Position numbers and translations under genes: made by a program. The notes beneath the pieces were generated by a model, which saw nothing but the letters and a program-made list of their open reading frames with translations, was not told where the DNA came from and searched no databases. A DNA stretch of 61,343 nucleotides, the filler included, from Catajapyx aquilonaris (lineage: Eukaryota), in the NCBI GenBank assembly GCA_000934665.2. It is 4 parts of 4 records of this genome, joined end to end, with 100 filler letters (N's around TTAATTAATTAA, not from the genome) between each part and the next. Parts side by side here need not be neighbours in the genome. Positions count along the whole stretch, not along the records: positions 1 to 15,267 come from JYFJ02007547.1; positions 15,368 to 30,631 come from JYFJ02007548.1; 2 more parts are not named here. The stretch is one strand, 5' to 3'. How positions within the stretch are numbered: position 1 is the stretch's first letter; each line of letters begins with the position of its first letter. Of this stretch, positions 14,484-24,614 are shown piece by piece.

Positions 14484-14823
14484 ATTACCTTACACTATTT
14501 ACCTTATACTATTTACCTTACATTACCTTACCTTTACCTTACCTTACCTTTACCTTACCTTTACATTACCTTTACATTACATTTACCTTATCTTTACATT
14601 ACATTACCTTTACCTTACCTTTACATTACCTTACCTTTACATTACCTTTACCTTATCTTTACATTACATTACCTTTACCTTATCTTTACATTACATTACC
14701 TTTACCTTACCTTTACATTACCTTTACCTTACCTTTACCTTACCTTCACATTACCTTTACCTTACCTTCACATTACATTTACCTTACCTTTACATTACAT
14801 TACCTTACCTTACATGACCTTAC
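14484..14823. repeat. Degenerate (TTACC/TTACA/TTTACC)n simple repeat
   Basis: About 340 nt of mixed TTACC, TTACA and TTTACC units. This explains the spurious LPYLY-repeat ORF at 14457-14849. Confidence 0.9.
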
Positions 14824-15267
14824 TCTATTTCTCGCGGAAACCCGGTTGATAAACCCTGGTTTAGGGATTTGAACATTTTGTACCTAAATAGCTCAACCAC
14901 TTTTCAGTACCAATGGCATTTCCTCAATAAATTATCGCGGGTTTAGAAAAACTGTCAAATTGGCGGTAAAGAAGGGGGCGTGGCCTAAGGTCGCATTCCG
15001 ACTTCTGCCAATTTTTAAGCCATTTTTCCCCCTACACAGCACTGGAGGGTAAAGCTAGCTAAAACAGCACTCTTTCGTCGTCTCTGGTTCACTAATGGGA
15101 CAAACATGCTGAAGCGCGATACTTAATGCGGAATGTTTGCGTCTGGAGAAAAAAAAACGACGACTCTTACTTTTTTCTCTCTGGATTCAGCCAATCCCGT
15201 TTCTCGCATCTCTTCCCGCATGAAAAACCCGGGCAGATTTGGCAGAAGGATGACGGATTGAGCTTGG

Positions 15268-15367
15268 NNNNNNNNNNNNNNNNNNNNNNNNNNNNNNNNN
15301 NNNNNNNNNNNTTAATTAATTAANNNNNNNNNNNNNNNNNNNNNNNNNNNNNNNNNNNNNNNNNNNN
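15268..15367. other. Artificial contig-joining spacer (N44-TTAATTAATTAA-N44)
   Basis: 100-nt spacer with a six-frame stop linker. Identical spacers lie at 30632-30731 and 45991-46090. Confidence 0.97.
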
Positions 15368-15463
15368 CAGTTTTGCATTTAATATTGCTTGAGATCTAAG
15401 AAGATTTCGGTGTAATTATCCACGCTCTTTTTTTCCCGTGCGAAGAACGGGTACCGCTGCTAG
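15368..15463 (+). mobile_element. Helitron 3' terminus (5' part lost at the contig edge)
   Basis: GC-rich hairpin CCCGT-GCGAAGA-ACGGG followed ~9 nt later by CTAG|T, the canonical Helitron 3' end. Confidence 0.6.
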
Positions 15464-15870
15464 TTATCTATAATTTAGTTGTGTTATACATTATATGGAC
15501 AGTGTTATGCAATAATGAGTCAACCCACAAGAGACCAGTTTCGAGAAAAAGGGCTTTGAAGGCCATACCTGTGAAATTAATTCAGTGATCTTTTCGGTCA
15601 TTTATGGCAGAAGTATGCAGATTTCACCTGCGTGATTGCAACTGAATGAAGTAAGGTTGTATCATTGGAGGTAGATTGACGATTGAGAATTTATTATTCT
15701 TATTAAGTCTTGGCAACAGTAAACTTTACAGTTAACTGTCTTTAACTAAACTCAAGCTACTCAGGCTACTTTTAATGCTGCAAACCAGCCCAAGAGCTGT
15801 TAACAAATTCATTCATGCAAATAAATTAGCTGATTTATCTGGCACAATCACAAAATATGAAGGCTCTGAC

Positions 15871-17759
15871 CTTGCCATGTGCCATGGCACCAACCGCGAT
15901 GGCTATGGGTCGGTCATCTGGTACCAGGTCCTTTGGAGACACAATTCTTGAAGCTTTGAAGGAGGTGCTCAGTTTGCGGCATCCTACTGGGAGGTGGTCC
16001 TGGACTGGGTTGCGGATCACCTTGAGCAGTTTCAGGGGACCGTCTGACGCACGGATGCTGAACTTGTGCAGCAGCTGAACTGTAACATCAAAATGAGATT
16101 GCATAGTAATAATGAAAACAGGTTTGAGCATAATACAATATAATGCATCAGTAAGTGAACTGGGCAGTGAGTAGCATAGTCTAAAGTGTTTCAGCTCAAT
16201 AGTTCCAGCCCAGCACCATTCAGAAATCTAAATAATGAGTTCAATTATTTCTTAAGGAATAGAGCTCCTTCCCACTTTCCTGATCAGTCTGAATTACATC
16301 CAGTCACAAAGCTGTATGCCATGTAAATAACAACACCACTTTTGTGATAAAATGCGACTTCCATCCCACTCTCTGAACATGGTTTAATATTTTAATGGGT
16401 ATTGACAACAATTAATTCCCACTTATACTTAACTAGTAAACCGAATTTAGTTATGCCCTTTCACTCAAGGCACTTGCTGACATTCAGTAGTGGCTAATAT
16501 AAAAATATCGTGTGTCCATAAAATCATGGTGAGGTTTTAAAATTGTAATAACAAGGGGAGGCGTGGTGGCCGAGATGGTAATGTCTCGGCTTGCTGTGCG
16601 AAGGCCCAGGGTTGGCGGGTTTGATCCCCACCTGGGAGTTATCTTTTGCCTGCGTCAGGGGGTCTCTGACCCGCGCCTTGGAGGCATCTGGCAACCTAAC
16701 CTCCAGGGGGATTGCACATGACCCATTTTCAGACATTGCACCTGCACTTGTGTCCCCTCCCCAAAAATCCCCATCCTACCCCATGTCGAGTATGAAGAGA
16801 AAAAAAAAACACAAAAATTGAATGGAAAATATGGTGGTGTTCCACCCTCCTAAGAGGGCCTCCAGCCCTATCACAGGGTAATACAAAAAAAAGTAATAAC
16901 AGTGCAAGGACACACAACAGAGCCATAAAATAGGTATTAAATTGAAGAAAACTATCAATAATGTTTTACAACAGTCAAGTGTTTCAGTCCAGATGGTGAC
17001 CATGCATAAAAAGGTGCAGTTCATTTGATTGCCAAATAATCTGTAATGCTTGTGTAATGTGCTAATCAGAGTGTGTTTAAAGACAAACCACCACACAAAA
17101 AATAAGAGTTACCACTTAGATAAACTACTGTATTGAGTAGCTTCTAGCTGGCCGAGTCACCTGGGTATATCAGCCCCATGGTTGACTTTTGTTTTACACT
17201 TGCTGGGTGCTTTTTGCAGGGTGATGAAGCATTAGGAATAATGTGCAGGTAGCCCCAGAATTATGCAAATGGATCATTCTGCAATATCAAGTGTGTTCAA
17301 AAATAGATCAAACTTTCTTGTAAATAGTGTGCAAACAGGCACAGAGAGTGCATTGTGGCTACTTATGAGGGCACCTAGTGACATGTCTTGACAACAAACT
17401 GCCATTTGCCCAGTTCTGCTATGACCATTGGTCATCAAGATACATCCGCTGAAGTGAGCTCTTGCACAAGCTGTTCGTCAGATTAGTGACAAAGTGAATG
17501 AAATAGCTGAAATCCTGACTGAAGCAAGTTGGTGTGGTGGTTAAGGAGCCCGACTGATAATCGGAAAGTCCTGGGTTCGAATCCCGGGGCCGGCAACCTC
17601 GACTGTGGTTTTCTGCGGTTTTCCACAGTCCCCCCAGGATAATCCCGGGGTTGTTTCCGTATAATAGGTTACAGCCGTCTTCCTTCCTTCCCTATCCTTG
17701 GCCCCATCCAATGGTGGTACTCTACCCCTCTAATGTAGCGCCAATTCTTCCAATGGGGT

Positions 17760-17835
<76 letters not shown>

Positions 17836-19390
17836 GAAATAGCTGGAAAGAGCTGAAGAACAAAGTGTTTGTGTGAAATCTCCTGCAAACTTTGTAAAAA
17901 CTTTACAGAAACATTTCTATTTCTTCATCAAGGATACTTGGAAAAGGGTCTCCTCGACCAAAAGGGGCACAGATGAGTTTGTCAAAGGTCAAGGTGATGT
18001 TGGTTGTGTTTTTTAAATTGGAAAGGCATTTTCTATTATGAATTTAGACCATGTTGTCAGATGGCAAACATACGTACAGTAAAATCTCAATATAACACTC
18101 CCGCATATAATGCTTTCCCGCTTTTAACGTCCCTTTTTTCTGGTCCCTTGATCAGCACCATAAGGCCCAGCTGTAAATTTTCCAGCTTATAGCGCTTCCC
18201 ACTTTTAACGCATTCCCACATATACTGCTCGGTGTCCCTGCTCCCCAGACACATTTCCCGCACATAGCATTAAAAAGAAGCATCGCGAGTACGTACAGGG
18301 CTTGAATTTCACCCTGCCGGCTGAGGTTTGGTTGCACGAGTGATGCAGAAAAGGTGGGGACTCTTGGCGGGATGTGGCCTGAGACCCATGGGGGGAGGGC
18401 AGGGAGACTCAAAAGCAGACTGGCAGTACGGGAGCGATGATCAATATTGACAAAAAGGGATGAAAAACAGGGAGTTTTACCCCATACACTTTGAGGTATG
18501 AGGGCCATTGCGGGATGGTGTAAGGAGATGGGCCTTTTCGCCAAGTGTTAAACATGTAAATGTTGCGGAGAGGCGGCTTATGTGAACTATGACCCTGGTC
18601 ATTCACTACTGTTTGGGTGTTTCACGGAATATTTCTGGGTCTACATGGTGCATGGACAGGTCAGTTCAGGATAACATGGTTTATATGAGCATCCATCTAC
18701 ATCGCAACAGTGAAGGCATTCATCATAAGGTGCAGAAAACCAAACGACAATCTGATGTCATCGTTTCTTACAGTGTTGCTTTTTGTTGCTACTGTTTACT
18801 CATATTGTCCTGTGAGGGTATTTCTATGAAAACTTTGATGGCGTCAGTTAGCTGTTTCGTTTTCAGCACTATATATGATGCAATATTCAGAAACCACAGC
18901 GCTGGTTGCTTAGTCCCCAGTCCCACCTCAGTGTAATGGGCCATTAGGCATAAAAATATTAATTGTACCATAAAAGACAAGATCCCCTTGAAGCACAAGC
19001 CTAGTCATATATACCTATAAGTCCCGAGAATCGCTTGAAGGTCCTGGGAATCCTGGTCTGCGGATTGATCTCAATGAGCACATTCTTCTCTGTGTGCACG
19101 TACACCTGCAGCAGCCCAGTCCGGTTGAGGGGACTGTCGAAGAGCATGAGCAGGCATTGGTGGACGATGTCCGGCCTGCAGGTGCCCGGATCCCTACCCG
19201 CCTTCCTCAGGATGCCCAAGTGGTCGTCGCAGTTGAGCAGGGCGAAGGACTTGCCCACCTTGACCGACTCCAGCTGGGCCTTCTCCAGGATGACGATCAG
19301 ACGCTTGTCATGCTTCTGCGACGGCTTCAGGTATAGCGGGAGGTCCTTCGCGTATTGGTCGTCGTCCTCGCGCTTCCTCTTCTTACCCAT
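15871..19390 (-). CDS. EMG1: EMG1/NEP1 18S rRNA N1-pseudouridine methyltransferase (SPOUT family), 3'-partial; exons 19390-19015 and 16079-15871
   Basis: Exon 1 reads MGKKRKRE...KRLIVILEKAQLESVKVGKSFALLNCDDH...CRPDIVHQCLLMLFDSPLNRTGLLQVYVHTEKNVLIEINPQTRIPRTFKRFSGLI. It splices in phase 1 (G|gt...ag|TT) to VQLLHKFSIRASDGPLKLLKVIRNPVQDHLPVG...AIAVGAMAHGK|gt. These are hallmark Nep1 motifs. No final exon was found before the contig end. Confidence 0.96.
16555..16892 (+). mobile_element. tRNA-derived SINE, family B (tRNA-Ser-like head), in EMG1 intron
   Basis: Head GGGGAGGCGTGGTGGCCGAGATGGTAA with a B-box-like GTTTGATCCCCACC. The body matches the minus-strand copy at 31884-32224. A GTAATAACA direct repeat flanks it. 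Confidence 0.8.
17285..18075 (+). mobile_element. Decayed mariner transposon remnant (interrupted by a SINE)
   Basis: TIR-like start TCAAGTGTGTTCAAAAA. Degenerate transposase pieces EEQSVCVK..CKLCKNFTETF (N-terminal HTH) and SKVKVMLVVF(fs)NWKGIFYYEF resemble mariner consensus motifs. Confidence 0.65.
17510..17832 (+). mobile_element. tRNA-derived SINE, family C (tRNA-Ile(GAT)-like head) with (TAA)n tail
   Basis: Head with anticodon arm CCGA-CTGATAA-TCGG and T arm CTGGG-TTCGAAT-CCCGG. Long (TAA)n tail. 13-bp TSD AATGAAATAGCTG at 17497-17509 and 17833-17845. Confidence 0.88.
18076..18230 (+). mobile_element. pogo/Tigger-like element, left end
   Basis: TA|CAGTAAAATCTC start followed by repeated subterminal TTCCCGC(T/A)T.TAACG motifs typical of pogo MITEs. 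The right end was not confidently located. Confidence 0.55.
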
Positions 19391-19449
19391 GCTCACCCTT
19401 CAAGTGCCCTGCAGTCTACAAACCGAGAGAATGCGGCAGATCAACGTTC

Positions 19450-19540
19450 ACGTCGCACGTGGCTCGAGTCAGAAGCAAGCGTCCATCTTGGATTGGTGAA
19501 GCAGGGTGGCCAAACAGGGATGGCAACACTGCTGTTTGGG
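19450..19540 (-). promoter_or_regulatory. Putative EMG1 core promoter: E-box CACGTG(CG) and TGGCAACACTG motif
   Basis: CACGTG at 19456-19461, ~70 nt upstream of the ATG. TGGCAACACTG at 19521-19531 is bracketed by the inverted repeat CCAAACAG/CTGTTTGG. The surrounding sequence is CpG-rich. Confidence 0.55.
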
Positions 19541-20119
19541 GGAAGGAGAGAAGCCGTTTCAGTGGATCTCCCGCCAAATCTAAAATGGCTGATCAGCCCT
19601 TCGGACCGCTTCGGACACTGGTTCTGCCGGATGATCTGCGACTCTTCGCTGTTGCTTCTTTGCCCTGCCCACGACCTTTCAGCAGGATCCTGGCAAGAAC
19701 ACGGGGGATCTTGGAGCAAATAGGGACAGAAGGCAGTCGAAGGTAGGAATACATCTTTGTTGAAAGATCCTGTTCCACGATATGTGGACAGACAAGCTTC
19801 CTTTGGGCGCTTTGGGCTTAATCACAGGCTCGTCCAACATGCAGTTGTACTAGTGGAGTGTAATGAGACTGATGTATCCCCGAATTTGTATTGGAATTTG
19901 GGTACTCACATCACAATGAAACTAACAAAATTATTAAGGCTATTTGTTGTGCACTGCACATACGTGTACAAATCGCATGTGACGCCACAAATATAGGCAT
20001 TTGATAAGTTATTGACTTGGGTGACACAAGATATATTATGATTCAAAGTTCCACTGCCATGCAACTGTCCTCTGTGCCTGCTGATGTTGCAAGCTGGAAT
20101 TGTATACCAGTAGTAAACA

Positions 20120-20415
20120 GGGAGATGGAGTGGTGTTGTGGTAATGTATGCACCCACGGACCCACGGATGTTAAGGTCCCAGGTTCGATCCCAGCCCGGG
20201 GTTTTTCATTAAGACAAACCACCCGGGGGAGTTCACAAAAAGACCACTATTGAGACATTGCACTGCACCTTGCACATCCCCTCCTACTCTTTCCCCTTTG
20301 CCCGGGCGTTACGGAAAAGGACTAAAAATGTATTAGCTTGTACACCTAAAGCAAATAAAGGTACTGTACCCAGTGTACCGTGCCAGATGCCCATCATGGG
20401 CCGTGCACTAACCCC

Positions 20416-20460
<45 letters not shown>
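20120..20460 (+). mobile_element. SINE family A copy with (TTA)n tail
   Basis: Same head and body as 4116 but with many CpG>TpG/CpA changes. TSD-like TATACCAGTA at 20103-20112 and 20458-20467. Confidence 0.85.
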
Positions 20461-20461
<1 letters not shown>

Positions 20462-21617
20462 CCAGTAATAGAACATTTGGATCATGCACTATATGTACTG
20501 TTAAAGAGTGTTAAAGGCTGACCCAACCAATGAGGTCCTGCTGCTCAAAAGCCCCGCTATATGTACTGAAGACTGAATGACAAATGTTTAAAAACAGCAA
20601 ATTGAGCAAAAGATACCTGCACTGCTTGAAGCTGTCTTGCCATGATGTAGTCCTGAAGAATCCAGAAACTGTGTAATTATGATGGTAACCATCAGTTTTC
20701 ATGCTTACCTCAAAGCTTATGTCCAGTCTTTCCATGGTCTGATGTTTTACAGAATCCCACGTTTCCATGGGCTGTTCAAAGGGTTCCTTGAATGTGTGTG
20801 GAGTAATGGCTGATTTCTTAGCCTGGTCGAGGAAAGTTCCATTCTGCAGTCTCACGATTATAAAGAATAGATGTTATGTAGGGGGGAAAACTTTTCCAAC
20901 AGAAAAAAAAACAACCTCTGGCCTTTGCTATCATATATGAACTGAAATGCATTGTGTGCAAGACTGCAAGGTTCTTTTAAAATTCAGCAAAGCTGGGGGT
21001 ATGTGTACAGTACATCTGCGAATTCCATTTACCTATCAGCTGTGCTTAATCACGGTTTGAATACATTCTCAATCTGTTCTCAGTAGCACTAGTCACCCTA
21101 CATCGAATTATAATAATGCTCCTACCTATACATTACATGACGTTCTAATATGTCAAATATCTTGCACATGGTATAACCACTTTAGCTGCAACACCTGTTT
21201 GCAAGAATTGTCCTATCCACTTCATTGCCCATGCAATGTTTACCTTCCACTGAGGTTCACAGATCATCCTGACTATGTCAGCAACTACATCTACAGGAGT
21301 GGTGTAATTGTAAAACATCCATTTGGACTCTGCAATCTATGCAATAGTGATATATATTGCACTCCTCTTGTCAGTTACACTTACACTCCAAGGTTACATT
21401 ACAAAAAAAAAGTAAGCCACAATGAAACATATTATAGGACATGATTTCCTCTGACTACTCGAGCTACTAACTCCCACCTTGCACAAGTTCCACAAGTAGA
21501 CACTAGAAGCTTGTTGCCTAGTCATTCGTCAGTTCATTATCCATGGTACTAAATAGAGGTTTGCATGGTAAAATTTGTCTCATGGCAAAAATGGTTACAA
21601 CAGGATAGGAAATGACA

Positions 21618-21623
21618 TTTATT
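21618..21623 (-). terminator. Candidate HIRA polyadenylation signal (AATAAA)
   Basis: AATAAA on the minus strand ~530 nt downstream of the HIRA stop codon. Assigned by position only. Confidence 0.45.
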
Positions 21624-22151
21624 ATGCAAATATGCTGTAAGTCGCAATGTTAAAGGTAGTATAAATGGCAGCATAAATACACCTTTCACATGCAGCAATT
21701 CCTCCAAGGCCTGAAACACAATAGCTATCTCCTGAGAACATACTTCATTGTCATAAGAAAAGACTGTGGGTAAAAGTTGTCAAAAAACTTGTTTTCTATT
21801 TAATAAGCTGTTTGTACTTCAATGGAAAGGATATGTGTGGTGGAGGAATTTTTGTGCACGTCTTCAAACACATACGACAACCTTCCTTTCCCTCATCACG
21901 CTTTCCCAATAACATTCGACTCATGGTTCAAAACTCGGCAACCAGTACAACTTGGTCCAACCGCCCCCCCACTCCCCACAAAAAAAAAGACAATATTACA
22001 GTTTGAGCATTGACTATCTTTGTCACGTGCCAATTGAAAAAGTCTTTTGTGTAAAATCATGCACCACTTGGCTTGGTTGTAAATATAAAAATGAACAAGT
22101 GCAGACACATTCATCCTACTTCATCCAATATCTCATCACATTTGAGTTCAC

Positions 22152-24547
22152 TTAACCAACACCATTCTGAAGGATCTGTGGTATGGCATTTCCTTGCCCA
22201 TCCTGAAGCCTCTGAAGCATCTGCAGCTGCTCCTGGAACTCAGTGTACAGTCTCTGCAGCTGCAAGTTGGTGGCAATCACAGCCAAAACTTCTTCAAGGA
22301 GTTTTGTTTTGCAGTGGCCCTGAGAATAAAGAAATTTCTATCATCTCTCAGAGTTCTGCAGATCACTGGGTGGTAAAATGATACACACCAGGATGTGTGT
22401 CTCCCATGCCCGACTTTGCTTCACACTAGGGTGGACTGGTCCTAGGAGCTCATTGCAAATTATCCTCAGTTGCTTCTCTATACCTGTGGAAGAGAAACCA
22501 AACGTTACAAGAGTTACCGGTTTCACTCTAAGGGGCCACATTAATTTCACATCAGCTTTGCCCTAAGCTGTTCACATGATGCTATCCAATACCCCTATAG
22601 CACCTGAATAATGGCAAGACTTCAGAACTACAAGAGCTGCAAGTGCATCACTAACCTTCCTGAGTGAGGAACCGAACCAAGGTCATGAGCCAGAAGTGGA
22701 ATTCGACTGGCGAGGACAGTTCCCTAGCACTAGCAACCTGAGTCTCAAGATGAGTCAGGGTGCAGATACGCTGAACTTCTTGACCCACTCCCAGGATACT
22801 GGAGGAACTGGCCCAGGAACTAAAAAAAATTGAATTTGGCATAACAACTCAGATTATTTACACAAGGTCAAATGTCAGAGAGTAATTTAAAAATGGCTGA
22901 CCTTTTGGCATGGGTGTGGAGGGATGAGAGCGGCAGTGAAGCATTGGCAGTCGCAGAGGAGGCAGGCATGGTTGGATGGTGCATGGAGTTTTGGAAGACG
23001 GCATCTCTGGAATCTGCTAGCAGCAACCTGTTAATTGATCAGTACACTTAAGTCAAGTCACCCTTCATGGATGGTGACAGTAAAAGTGAAGTAATAGCAT
23101 CAGGAGCATCTGAATGATCAAAAAACACCCCAAGATCTGAACGCCACTTTGGAGAAGGGTTTACCATTAGCTCCTAAAGTGGCCAAGAAACCGCCCAGTT
23201 TAAACGATGAACTATTGTGATAGAATTCCATTCCAAAGTGCATGCAACATAATCTCCTGAGATAAGATAGTTTTCATCAGGACAACAAATAGTGCAAGAG
23301 ACTGACCAGGTCCCCAGATCGTCAGAGAAGGTGTAGGCCTTCCCTGTTGAGAAAGCCACAAGGGGTCGTCCTTGTGGCGTGAGGTTGCATGACGCTATGG
23401 AAACAGGAGCTACTCCGGCACCACTTCCTCCTATGAGTGGTAGTAGGGACTCCCCCCTAAGAAGCACTTTCTTCTTCTGGAAGTCCCACACACTGAGCAT
23501 TCCCTTGGCAGTGACAGCCATCACTAGCCACCCCCTGACTACCAGCTTGGCTGGGGGTGCCCCCAGAGCCAGTGGGGGAAGGAGAAGCCTCCCAACAGGA
23601 GGCTCCAAGATGTGCAGAGAGCCATCTTCACAGCAAGCAGTCACTACCTCCAGACTGCACTCTAGCCCACATATGGGAGATCCAAAAACAAGCTCCCAGA
23701 TAGGACGACTGTCTTCAATGCACTGGAGATGGTGAAGAGAAGCATGGCTGTTGCTGCGGATAAAATTCTCCACCTGCAGAGAGCGGGGAAGGGATCCACC
23801 CTTGCGTGGGCACTGTGAAGAAATGGAGAGAGAGAGAGAGTTTTGAATAATACTTCTGGGAGGAACTGCTGCAAATTTTAAAACAAATAAAAATTCAGTC
23901 CAGTTTTTAAAATACGTATTATGAACATAACAATGTTATGCAGAGTTGTAAATTATTCCTTAGATGCCTGAAAAGTCTGTGTAACCATCTTCAGATCCAA
24001 ATTTCATGATGCTGTGATTTCCAAGATTTACTCAGGTTACCCTGAATCTTGCAATGCCTGGTACTGTACATGGTGGGACAAAATAGTAGTCAATTGAAAA
24101 TTTTCCGACATGGGAGGCACAAGTGGAGGCGAAAGGAGCTTTCTCTACTCGCAACACCCACACCATAAGGGTCATTAACCTGGCAAAAACGTTTCGCACT
24201 ATGTCATGAATCTTTTGCACCCTGAGAATGTCTGAATGCTGCCTCTGCAAAGCTGAGAAATTATTCTTAAACAAGTAATCTTATACAAGAGACCAGGGGG
24301 TAGTGCCAGTAGTCTAATTCCTAGCTGACTGGCCAGCTAAACTGGAGCAGATGCACATGGGTTCAAAATAACCTAAAATTCGAAATCAGCGACCCCGAAA
24401 ACATAGGGAGACATGTTTTTTACGTGCTTAAATAGTTTACTTGAGGAGCTATCAATTTCGATCGCGTTTTTTCTGATAACATTGACATTTAAAAAAAACC
24501 ACGTGAAAAGGGGGGGGTTCCAATGGATACCACGGTCGGTCACTGGG

Positions 24548-24614
<67 letters not shown>

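Noticed and set aside
14457..14849. 130-aa ORF of LPYLY repeats
   Set aside because: It is the translation of the TTACC/TTACA simple repeat.
19459..19996. Short ORFs upstream of or divergent from EMG1 (e.g. MADQPFGPLRTLVLPDDL...)
   Set aside because: GC-rich promoter-region ORFs in several frames with no convincing family similarity or downstream exon.
20617..20843. Possible orphan exon (cag...gt, open frame) between HIRA and EMG1
   Set aside because: Weak polypyrimidine tract, no recognisable homology and no partner exons. It would need RNA-seq support.
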